From the NCBI GenBank assembly GCA_964450485.1, contig CAYVDX010000001.1, forward strand, positions 1-27,009: a stretch of 27,009 nucleotides of DNA, in the 5' to 3' direction. Positions 8,793 to 16,654 of the stretch are shown piece after piece. Each line of letters opens with the position of its first letter. Position 1 is the first letter of the stretch. This stretch comes from an uncultured Calditrichaceae bacterium (GTDB lineage: Bacteria > Calditrichota > Calditrichia > RBG-13-44-9 > J075). The position numbers and the translations under genes were made by a program. The notes under the pieces were generated by a model, which did no database searches, was not told the DNA's origin, and saw only the letters and a list, made by a program, of their open reading frames with translations.

Positions 8793-10646
8793 ATGGCCAG
8801 ACCATTAGAAATAAAAAATATGTTACCATCTCTCTGGCGGGTATTACGCAAATTTTGGCCGTACATTCGTGAGTATCGCTTGTTGATCACGGGTTCTTTA
8901 GCAGCGCTTTTTATTGAAATTGGTTTTCGCGTTCTGGAACCGTGGCCATTAAAATTTGTTTTCGACCGCGTGATTGCCCACCCCCTAAAAAACGGTAAGT
9001 CCCGATTCCCGGCATTTGATTCAATTGATTCGTCAACGCTGCTGATTTTGGCAGCCGTTGGCATAGTTGCATTTGCCGGGTTTCGGGCGCTTGCCGCTTA
9101 TGCAAATAAAATCGGATTTGCACTGGTCGGAAACCGGGTGTTGAGCAAAGTGCGCTCCGAGCTGTATAAACATCTTCAATTCCTGTCGCTTTCTTTCCAC
9201 AACAAGGCAAAAAACGGGGATTTAATCGTGCGGGTCATCGGCGATGTGGGATTGCTGAAAGACGTCACCGTTACGGCGATCCTGCCATTGTTGGCCAATA
9301 CCCTGATTCTGTTTGCAATGATGGGCATTATGCTCTGGCTGAATTGGCAGCTCACGATGGTGGTGCTGGCGGTTTTCCCGCTGTTTCTGCTGTTTGGATC
9401 GCGCATGAGTTTTAAAATCCGCCAGGTTTCCAAGCTGCAACGCCGGCGGCAAAGCGCGATGGCAACCACAGTGGCGGAGTCGTTCGGGGCAATCAAAATT
9501 GTTCAGGCGCTATCGCTTGAGGATGTGTTCGATCAATCATTTTCCAGCCAGAACAACAAAAGCCTGAAAGAAGGCGTGCAGGCAAAAAGACTGTCCGCCA
9601 ACCTGGAACGCACGGTGGATATTCTCATCGCCCTGGCAACGGCTTTGGTGGTGTACTTCGGTTCGCGGTTGGTCATGCGCAGCGCGCTGACGCCCGGCGA
9701 TCTGTTGGTTTTTCTGTCGTATCTGAAAAGCGCGTTTAAACCGGTTCGCAATTTTGCCAAATACACGGCACGGCTTGCCAAAGCCTCTGCCGCCGGCGAC
9801 CGCGTGATGGATATTCTGGAAACCGTGCCGGATATTTGTGATCTGCCGGATGCCGTTCCCGCGCCGTCCCTGCATGGGCATGTCAAATATGAAGATGTCC
9901 ATTTCGCTTATGAACCCGGTCAAAATGTGCTTTCCGGCATTTCATTCGAGGCGCGTCCCGGGCAGCAAATTGCGTTGGTCGGCCCTTCCGGAACCGGCAA
10001 ATCAACGCTCGTCAGCCTGGTGATGCGGCTGTATGAACCCTCCGCCGGCCGGGTGCTTATCGATGGAAAAGACATCCGCGGTTTTACCCTGGGTTCCCTG
10101 CGCTCTCAGATCAGCATGGTGCTTCAAGACCCCATGCTGTTCGGTGCAAGTATTTATAAAAACATTGCTTACGGCGCGCCGGAAGTTACGCGCGCGGAAG
10201 TTGAAGCAGCGGCGCGACTGGCCAATGCCCACGAATTTATCACCGCGCTTCCCGAGGGTTATGAAACCGAATTGGGGGAACGCGGCGTCACATTGTCCAA
10301 CGGCCAGCGGCAGCGGATTGCCATTGCCCGGGCCGCGGTTCGCAAATCACCGATTCTCATTTTAGATGAACCGACCACGGGTCTGGATAAAGAAAATGAA
10401 CACGAAGTGGTGGAAGCGCTGGAGCGCCTGGCCTATGGCCGCACCACTTTTATGATTGTCCACGACCTGAAATTAGCCGTTATCGCGGATCATATCTTAT
10501 TTCTCGAAAACGGTAAAATTTGCGAGCAGGGAAACCATGATGAATTGATGGCGAAAAAAGGGCGTTATGCAGCGATGTGGCGTCTTCAGTCCGCCCACCG
10601 CGATAAACGAATAAACCTGGAGGATACTTATGTTATCTCAGCCTGA
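8793..10646 (+). CDS. ABC exporter, fused TMD and NBD (MsbA/PglK/MdlB-like)
   Basis: N-terminal multi-TM domain, Walker A GPSGTGKS, Q-loop VLQD, signature variant LSNGQRQR, Walker B ILILDE, H-loop VHD; GGAG RBS. Confidence 0.95.
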   Translation: MARPLEIKNMLPSLWRVLRKFWPYIREYRLLITGSLAALFIEIGFRVLEPWPLKFVFDRVIAHPLKNGKSRFPAFDSIDSSTLLILAAVGIVAFAGFRALAAYANKIGFALVGNRVLSKVRSELYKHLQFLSLSFHNKAKNGDLIVRVIGDVGLLKDVTVTAILPLLANTLILFAMMGIMLWLNWQLTMVVLAVFPLFLLFGSRMSFKIRQVSKLQRRRQSAMATTVAESFGAIKIVQALSLEDVFDQSFSSQNNKSLKEGVQAKRLSANLERTVDILIALATALVVYFGSRLVMRSALTPGDLLVFLSYLKSAFKPVRNFAKYTARLAKASAAGDRVMDILETVPDICDLPDAVPAPSLHGHVKYEDVHFAYEPGQNVLSGISFEARPGQQIALVGPSGTGKSTLVSLVMRLYEPSAGRVLIDGKDIRGFTLGSLRSQISMVLQDPMLFGASIYKNIAYGAPEVTRAEVEAAARLANAHEFITALPEGYETELGERGVTLSNGQRQRIAIARAAVRKSPILILDEPTTGLDKENEHEVVEALERLAYGRTTFMIVHDLKLAVIADHILFLENGKICEQGNHDELMAKKGRYAAMWRLQSAHRDKRINLEDTYVISA

Positions 10647-13032
10647 TCGGAACCTGGTGCAACGCGATAAATCCATACCGGGATTGAAAACGCTTTTGGA
10701 TTCGGAATTATTGCTTAAACGGCTGCGCCTGTCGCTTCCAAAAGCCGACCTCCGCGCCGTGCAACCGCGATATATCCGTTATAAACCCGGGATGAATTGC
10801 CTGGTCGCCTACCGGTTGAACGCCGGCGGAAAGTGGATTGATGTGTACGCCAAGGCCCACGGCGCCGATGCTGTCGGTAAGCTCCGAAAAGCCGGCGCTA
10901 AACAGACCACGGGTCCATTCGGCCCGGGGCGCGTCGCTCTGAAAGGCTGCGATGTGGTGGTCTCCTTTTTCCCGAATGACAGCAAACTCAAACGACTGCG
11001 GCGGATTGTGAATGATCGTTTCACAACCAAGCTAATGGCCCGGTTATCTCTGGAAGCGCCGGGTACCGGCGAAATACATTTGACGCCGCTGCGATATAAA
11101 CCCGAACGGCGTTTTGTCGCAAGGCTGGAAATCAATAAAAAACCGGTGGCCCTGTTAAAGATGTACACCCGGGATGCTTTTATACGATCACAAGCGAGCA
11201 CAAACTCGATCGAATCCCGCGGCATGCTGCGTATTTCCGGACGCCTGGGAAAATTCGATCGTTACCAGCTTTTGGGGTTTGAGTGGCTGCCCGGAAAATT
11301 ATTGACGGATATGATTTACAAAAATGATAACGCAATACAAGCGGTCTCGGAAACTGGCGTTGCCCTGGCAAATTTTCATCTTCAGCGTCCCCGGGGCTTA
11401 TACATGCGCACCCGGGCAATGCGCGCGGAAACGCTGCTGTCCCGGGCGGAATGGCTTGGATATGTTTGTCCCGCTTTAAGTGAACAGGCAAAACAGTTAG
11501 CCTGGAAACTATCGGCATGGATAATGTCCCAACCGGAAGCGCAATATCCGATTCATGGCGATTTTTATTCGCAACAGGTGTTGTGGAGCAAGGGCCGCGT
11601 GGGCGTCATCGACCTGGACGAGACCGTCATGGGCGACTCCTGTGTAGATGTGGGTTTATTTGCCGCGCACCTGGAGCGGGATGTTCTACGGGGCGACATT
11701 TCCGCTGCCTCGCGGGAAAATTTTAAGAACGCATTTGTTGAAGGCTATCGCCAGGGCGGCGGCGAGGTTGACGAAACGAATCTTCAGATGTGTATTGCCG
11801 CGGAACTTTTTCAGCTCTCCCACGGACCGTTTCGCGCCTGTGAGCCGGACTGGGCTGCGCGAACAAAAGCGATCCTTCACCGCGCAGCGGCGTTGGTTCG
11901 CTCAACAAAACCCAAAAAAAAGGCGGCGCCGGGAAGACCACCGGTTACGCATTCGCCAAAATCATCCACTACCGCGCTGGTAATCGATCCATTTAATGTA
12001 ACGAAAGATGACGCCATGCCGACGTTGAAACATGCCCTCGCTCCGCACACCGCCGAACAATTACTAAAACGGATGCTCGCGAACGGTGAACCGGGCACAG
12101 GCTCGGAAAATCAATTGGTTGCCATCCGCGCCATCCGGTATAAACCCGGCCGCCGCTGCCTGGTGGAATATACCCTGGCGCAAAATACCGGCGATGGGGC
12201 TCAAAAATTGATCACCTTTTTGGGAAAAACACGCGCCAAAAGAATGGATACACGGACGTTTTTACTCAACCGGGAACTCTGGCAATCGGGCTTTCATCAC
12301 CAAAGCATTGACAATATTTCCGTTCCCCGGCCGGTTGGTATTATTCCCGAATTCAAAATGTGGTTTCAGGAAAAAGTTTCCGGTGTGCTTGCAACACATC
12401 TCATCGAAAAAGAGAATGATCCCGGTTTGGCCAGGCGCATTGCGGAAGCCATCCATAAAGTACACCGCTTAACGCTTGCACCGCGGCGCCGGCACACCAT
12501 GCGGGACGAGCTGCGCATTTTGCACGAACGGCTGCCCTTGTTGACCGAGAGTTATCCACAATGGACCCACCGCCTGGAAAAAATACTCGATGCCTGCGAC
12601 CGGATCGGCGCAACAGTTACAGCGGTAGAACCCACCTGTATCCACCGTGATTTTTATCCCGACCAGGTGCTTGTTTCCGGGGATTGGCTCTACCTCATCG
12701 ATTTTGATCTGTTTTGCCTGGGCGATCCGGCGTTGGACGCCGGTAATTTTCTCGGTCACGTAACCGAGCAGAGCTTGCGAAACCTGGGCAACCCGGCCGC
12801 GCTGGCCGCGTGGGAAAATGCATTTGTCGAGCATTTTGTCGATTTGAACGGCGATAATTTACGGCATAATATCCAGGTTTATAAAATACTCACATTGGCG
12901 CGGCATATTTATATCAGTACGCTTTTCCCGGAACGACGGCTGTTTACGGAGCAATTGATAAATTTATGCGAGCGTCAATTGGCGCGGGCAATTTCAAACC
13001 CTAAAGATCGCGTCATGCTGATGCAGGCATGA
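10630..13032 (+). CDS. Tandem (two-domain) APH/choline-kinase-fold phosphotransferase
   Basis: Two catalytic modules, IHGDFYSQQVL...VIDLDE and IHRDFYPDQVL...LIDFDL, plus three RYKP motifs; overlaps the ABC stop by 17 nt. Confidence 0.85.
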   Translation: MLSQPDRNLVQRDKSIPGLKTLLDSELLLKRLRLSLPKADLRAVQPRYIRYKPGMNCLVAYRLNAGGKWIDVYAKAHGADAVGKLRKAGAKQTTGPFGPGRVALKGCDVVVSFFPNDSKLKRLRRIVNDRFTTKLMARLSLEAPGTGEIHLTPLRYKPERRFVARLEINKKPVALLKMYTRDAFIRSQASTNSIESRGMLRISGRLGKFDRYQLLGFEWLPGKLLTDMIYKNDNAIQAVSETGVALANFHLQRPRGLYMRTRAMRAETLLSRAEWLGYVCPALSEQAKQLAWKLSAWIMSQPEAQYPIHGDFYSQQVLWSKGRVGVIDLDETVMGDSCVDVGLFAAHLERDVLRGDISAASRENFKNAFVEGYRQGGGEVDETNLQMCIAAELFQLSHGPFRACEPDWAARTKAILHRAAALVRSTKPKKKAAPGRPPVTHSPKSSTTALVIDPFNVTKDDAMPTLKHALAPHTAEQLLKRMLANGEPGTGSENQLVAIRAIRYKPGRRCLVEYTLAQNTGDGAQKLITFLGKTRAKRMDTRTFLLNRELWQSGFHHQSIDNISVPRPVGIIPEFKMWFQEKVSGVLATHLIEKENDPGLARRIAEAIHKVHRLTLAPRRRHTMRDELRILHERLPLLTESYPQWTHRLEKILDACDRIGATVTAVEPTCIHRDFYPDQVLVSGDWLYLIDFDLFCLGDPALDAGNFLGHVTEQSLRNLGNPAALAAWENAFVEHFVDLNGDNLRHNIQVYKILTLARHIYISTLFPERRLFTEQLINLCERQLARAISNPKDRVMLMQA

Positions 13033-13057
13033 ATTATCAAGCCAAACTTTACGCCAC

Positions 13058-13105
13058 GGCGTCTTGCCGGTGAAGCCGTTAGGGAACTTTCCCGGCAGAG
13101 ACGCC
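13058..13105. repeat. REP-like inverted repeat
   Basis: GGCGTCTTGCCGG (13058-13070) pairs with CCGGCAGAGACGCC (13092-13105), with one bulged base. Confidence 0.6.
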
Positions 13106-13160
13106 CCGCTTATACTTTGCACGGTTGATCCCGAAGAAGTGGGGATCATTTCATCTGCCT

Positions 13161-13226
13161 CGGTGCTTGAGTGCTTCGGTATTAGAGTAAAAACAATGCT
13201 TTAGCTCCGAAACACTTCTACACTCT
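13161..13226. repeat. Degenerate inverted repeat with roughly 8-nt internal periodicity
   Basis: Left GGTGCTTGA-GTGCTTCG-GTATTAGA-GT. The reverse complement of the right arm reads AGTGTAGA-AGTGTTTCGG-AGCT. Core GTGCTTCGG / CCGAAACAC. Confidence 0.45.
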
Positions 13227-13327
13227 GTTTCTTGCAAAAAGTAAAATTATTGCCCCTGCACAGTATAAAAAAGCGCTGATTTTTAAGCGGGAGCATGGCA
13301 AATTGCACTTATGGACATTTTTTTTAT

Positions 13328-13344
13328 AAACCGTTAAAACGGTT
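13328..13344. repeat. Short palindrome AAACCGTTAAAACGGTT
   Basis: Same family as the copies at 23337-23353 and 23425-23440. Confidence 0.65.
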
Positions 13345-13393
13345 AAATAACCAGTGACGTTGTTCCGCTCGCGCTGAAACGAGAGAAAAAACA

Positions 13394-15157
13394 ATGATTA
13401 AATCATTCTTGTTATTGATGTTAATCATCGGCGAGTGCGTGTGGGCCCAGGGCGGCGCCACGCTCCTTGTTCACCTGAAACCAAAAATGTGGGCGTCCGT
13501 ACGCGGCAGTGTTTCACAGAACCCGGCCGATCCGGTAGTGGCCAAGTCGGTCGAGGAAGTTAAGCCGCGTCCTCATTTTGATCCCGAAAAAATGGAGATC
13601 ACCGCGATTGCCGGCAAAGCGGTGGGGCTGAATGACAGCCTCGTTCAAATCATGAATTACACCGCAATAATCACGGAAAACACGCGCTTTGAGAATCGTG
13701 ATCGCAAAAAAGCGCCCCGCTTTTTCGTAACGCAACATGAATGGATAAAAGTCAAGCTGCGGATTAAACCGGATGGGCGTCTTTTTGCGAGAACCATCCG
13801 GCGAATTGCGCCCCGGGATCGATTTAAGGTGTTTGGGCAAATTCAAAAAGTGTCCGTCGCGGAACAGCGTTTCACCATCGGCGGGATCGAACTCACGGCG
13901 CACCAGCAGATGCGGCTGGCGTTATTGGCGGATCAAAATAACGGCAGCCCCTTGGATCGCTTTTTTCAGGATGAACAAAAAAGCGTGCGGTTCAGCATAC
14001 AGCCGGCAAAAAACATGCTGCTCGGCGGACAGCTATTTACCCGGAGCCGCGCGGATAAAGAGCGCGATTTAAGAAAGTCGCGCAAAAAAGATAAGCAGAT
14101 CATCTCCAGTGAACTTAAGCTCGATGCGCTATGGCATCTTGCCAAAAACGGGTCTTTTACATTTGCCGAGGCTGTGGTGGGGCTGCGGGAACAATTTTTG
14201 AATCAAACCCACGATTTGAGCAGCCGTTCCTACCGGTTGGAGCAAGCGTATGCCTATTGGGTCATATCGCGTGCGTTCACGCTGCAGACCGGCCGCCAGG
14301 ATTTTGACGACGAGCGGGAGTGGCTTTACAATCACCGGCTGGACGGATTGCGCCTGCGTTTTCAAAGCGGCCGCATCATGCTGGAAGTTTCCGCAAGTCG
14401 GGAACCGCGCTGGCTTCGCTCCCAAAATTCTCGTGAAGATGTGGGCAATTTTATTGGATTGCTGCGCTATCACGTTGGCCCCGACGCCTTTTTAAGCACG
14501 TACGCCATGCAGCGAAAAAGTGTTGAAAACAGCGGTTTTCGCCTGCGTATTTTCGGTTTGAGGTATTACCACTGGCCGCGCCGGGGATTTCGTCATTGGC
14601 TGGAATTGGCAAAATCCGAGGGGCAAAATCGTTCCGGCAACGGCAGCGGCTATGCCGTCGATACGGGGATGTCATACATTTTTCGCACCGTCGGAAAACC
14701 GACCATCACCGGCGGCATTGCGTATGCCAGCGGCGATAAAAACAGCGATGATCAAAGTGGTGCGTTCCACCAAACCGGTTTGCAAAAAAACAATGCCCGG
14801 CTTGGCGGCGTCACCAGCTTCAGGTATTACGGAGAGGTGATGGACCCGGAACTGTCAAACCGGGTGATCACGACCCTCGGCATTGACATTCGCCCGATTA
14901 GAAACTTGTCATTGGATGTGGTTTTTCATACCTATCGCCAGGATCAAGCCTCCACCGATTTAGGCGATACGCGCATCAAATCATCGCCGGATGGAAAATC
15001 AAAAGACCTCGGGAAAGAACTGGATTTAATCGTGGGATACCGGTTAAAAAGCTGGGCGAACATGGAGCTTGTTTTAGGGCAATTTAACCCGGGAAATGCG
15101 TTTAAACATCAGGATTCCGCCCGGCTCGCTCAGTTTCAAGTAAGAATGAGTTTTTAA
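13394..15157 (+). CDS. Alginate-export (AlgE-like) outer-membrane beta-barrel with N-terminal DUF5666-like repeats
   Basis: Signal peptide (MIKSFLLLMLIIGECVWA); N-terminal segments such as FKVFGQIQKVSVAEQRFTIGGI are DUF5666-like; barrel segments LEQAYAYW, QTGRQDF, AYASGD, YYGEVMDPELSN, DLGKELDL; terminal Phe (VRMSF). Confidence 0.78.
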   Translation: MIKSFLLLMLIIGECVWAQGGATLLVHLKPKMWASVRGSVSQNPADPVVAKSVEEVKPRPHFDPEKMEITAIAGKAVGLNDSLVQIMNYTAIITENTRFENRDRKKAPRFFVTQHEWIKVKLRIKPDGRLFARTIRRIAPRDRFKVFGQIQKVSVAEQRFTIGGIELTAHQQMRLALLADQNNGSPLDRFFQDEQKSVRFSIQPAKNMLLGGQLFTRSRADKERDLRKSRKKDKQIISSELKLDALWHLAKNGSFTFAEAVVGLREQFLNQTHDLSSRSYRLEQAYAYWVISRAFTLQTGRQDFDDEREWLYNHRLDGLRLRFQSGRIMLEVSASREPRWLRSQNSREDVGNFIGLLRYHVGPDAFLSTYAMQRKSVENSGFRLRIFGLRYYHWPRRGFRHWLELAKSEGQNRSGNGSGYAVDTGMSYIFRTVGKPTITGGIAYASGDKNSDDQSGAFHQTGLQKNNARLGGVTSFRYYGEVMDPELSNRVITTLGIDIRPIRNLSLDVVFHTYRQDQASTDLGDTRIKSSPDGKSKDLGKELDLIVGYRLKSWANMELVLGQFNPGNAFKHQDSARLAQFQVRMSF

Positions 15158-15187
15158 TATAGGTGTCATTTTGAGGAGTAAATCGCA

Positions 15188-16105
15188 ATGAAAATATTAA
15201 TCACCGGCGGGGCCGGTTTTATCGGTTCTAATATCGCTGACAGGTATCTCGAATTAGGCCATCAAGTGGTCATTTTGGATAATTTATCCACCGGGAAAAA
15301 GAACAATATTCATCCGGAAGCCAAATTCTATGAATTTGATATTTGCGACCCTAAAATCAAATTTGTCTTTGAAATTGAACGCCCCGATATTGTCAATCAT
15401 CACGCCGCGCAAATTGATGTTCGCCAATCTGTTTCCGATCCCGAAAACGACGCCCGGATCAATATTCTGGGCACCATCAACCTGTTGCAGCACTGTGCGA
15501 ATTACAATGTGAAAAAGGTGGTATTTGCCTCAACCGGCGGGGCAATCTATGGCGAACAGGATTATTTTCCCGCGGATGAAAATCATCCCACCCGGCCGCT
15601 GTCGCCGTATGGCATTACCAAGCTGACCTGCGAGAAATACCTCTATTTTTATCAACAAAGCCATGGGCTGAACTACACGGTTCTGCGATATGCGAACGTT
15701 TACGGCCCTCGTCAAAATCCGCATGGAGAAGCCGGGGTCGTGGCAATTTTCTGCAAAAAAATGCTGGATAACTCTCAGCCGGTCATCAATGGCAAGGGAA
15801 CTCAAACCCGTGATTATGTTTATGTCGGCGATGTGGTCAAAGCGTCGGAATTAGCACTCGCCGGCGGCGATAATCAAATTTACAACATCGGCACCGGCAT
15901 TGAAACGGATGTGAATACCATTTTTCAAAAAATCGCCAACTTTATGGATGCGTCGATAAAAGAAATTCACGGGCCGGGTCAGCCGGGCGAGCAGATGCGC
16001 AGCGTGCTGGATTATTCTTTGATAAACAAAGCGTTAGCCTGGAAACCCACGGTTGATTTGGACAGCGGTTTGGAAAAGACCGTTGATTTTTTTCGCGCCG
16101 GCTAA
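15188..16105 (+). CDS. NAD-dependent epimerase/dehydratase (extended SDR, UDP-glucose 4-epimerase-like)
   Basis: TGGAGFIG Rossmann motif, STGGAIYG, catalytic YGITK, LRYANVYGPRQ, RDYVYV; GAGGAG RBS. Confidence 0.93.
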   Translation: MKILITGGAGFIGSNIADRYLELGHQVVILDNLSTGKKNNIHPEAKFYEFDICDPKIKFVFEIERPDIVNHHAAQIDVRQSVSDPENDARINILGTINLLQHCANYNVKKVVFASTGGAIYGEQDYFPADENHPTRPLSPYGITKLTCEKYLYFYQQSHGLNYTVLRYANVYGPRQNPHGEAGVVAIFCKKMLDNSQPVINGKGTQTRDYVYVGDVVKASELALAGGDNQIYNIGTGIETDVNTIFQKIANFMDASIKEIHGPGQPGEQMRSVLDYSLINKALAWKPTVDLDSGLEKTVDFFRAG

Positions 16106-16153
16106 TACGAAACAACAAGCCTGTTTACACCTTGCCATGGCATTTTCGACATT

Positions 16154-16172
16154 TTTGTCAAGTAGCGACAAA
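16154..16172. promoter_or_regulatory. TTTGTC-N7-GACAAA dyad, possible transcription-factor site
   Basis: Perfect 6-bp inverted repeat in the spacer upstream of the second sigma-54 promoter. Function unknown. Confidence 0.3.
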
Positions 16173-16433
16173 TCCTGAAATGACACTTCTGTTTTAACAC
16201 CTTTTATGCACTTTTTCGGTATAAAAAAATTCATTAAAATGTCTGTCCACTGTTGCTTTTCCAGCCTTTCGGCCGAAAAGCGTACACACCTGTAATATAC
16301 TGTTATTGCATGGTTTATCGCTTTTTGTACGCGAATAATATTGTGGGTTAGGGGTCGGTTTTTGTACAAAATTGACCGCGCGCTATCTAAAAACATCAAT
16401 AAACGACGTTTCTCGGACAATTCTGTGTGTATG

Positions 16434-16446
16434 TAAGTTGTTTATT
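16434..16446 (-). promoter_or_regulatory. Candidate IHF site
   Basis: TAAGTTGTTTATT has one mismatch to the reverse IHF consensus YAANNNNTTGATW and lies about 45-55 bp upstream of the -24 element. Confidence 0.35.
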
Positions 16447-16487
16447 TGCAAGAAGTTAAAGCAAAGGGAGGTGTGGCGGTAAATTTT

Positions 16488-16503
16488 TGGCAGTTTTCTT
16501 GCC
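16488..16503 (+). promoter_or_regulatory. Sigma-54 (-24/-12) promoter
   Basis: TGGCAGTTTTCTTGCC: GG at 16489-16490, N10, GC at 16501-16502, with TGGCA and TTGC both matching consensus; upstream of a GT4. Confidence 0.75.
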
Positions 16504-16654
16504 TTATTGCAATTCAGACAGAAAAGATCATTTTGTCGATTGGGGGATATTTGAAATCAATGCGGGGGTAACCGCGAATACAGAGCTTGTTTTTTCTTTA
16601 CTGTATTTGTTGGGACAATGTGAACCAATCTCAAAAAGGCGAAGGAAGGCTTTA

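Noticed and set aside
10630-13032. Aminoglycoside-resistance gene
   Set aside because: It shares only the fold. It is 800 aa, two-domain, has Q-variant loops and is embedded in a glycan operon.
13082-13097. GG-N10-GC before the AlgE-like gene
   Set aside because: GGGAACTTTCCCGGCA lacks TGGCA and TTGC and lies inside a REP-like hairpin.
16034-16420. 128-aa minus-strand ORF, and likewise 4504-4767 and 4761-5105
   Set aside because: No recognisable motif or clear RBS; they overlap promoter regions or real genes.
16475-16482. ops/JUMPstart-like GGCGGTAA
   Set aside because: Imperfect match to GGCGGTAG and upstream of the -24 element, so it would not be transcribed from that promoter; no RfaH/UpxY gene in the window.
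16487-16654. N-terminal extension of the GT4 given by the ORF track
   Set aside because: Starts at a TTG inside the sigma-54 promoter, has no GT-like sequence, and ATG 16655 has a strong RBS.
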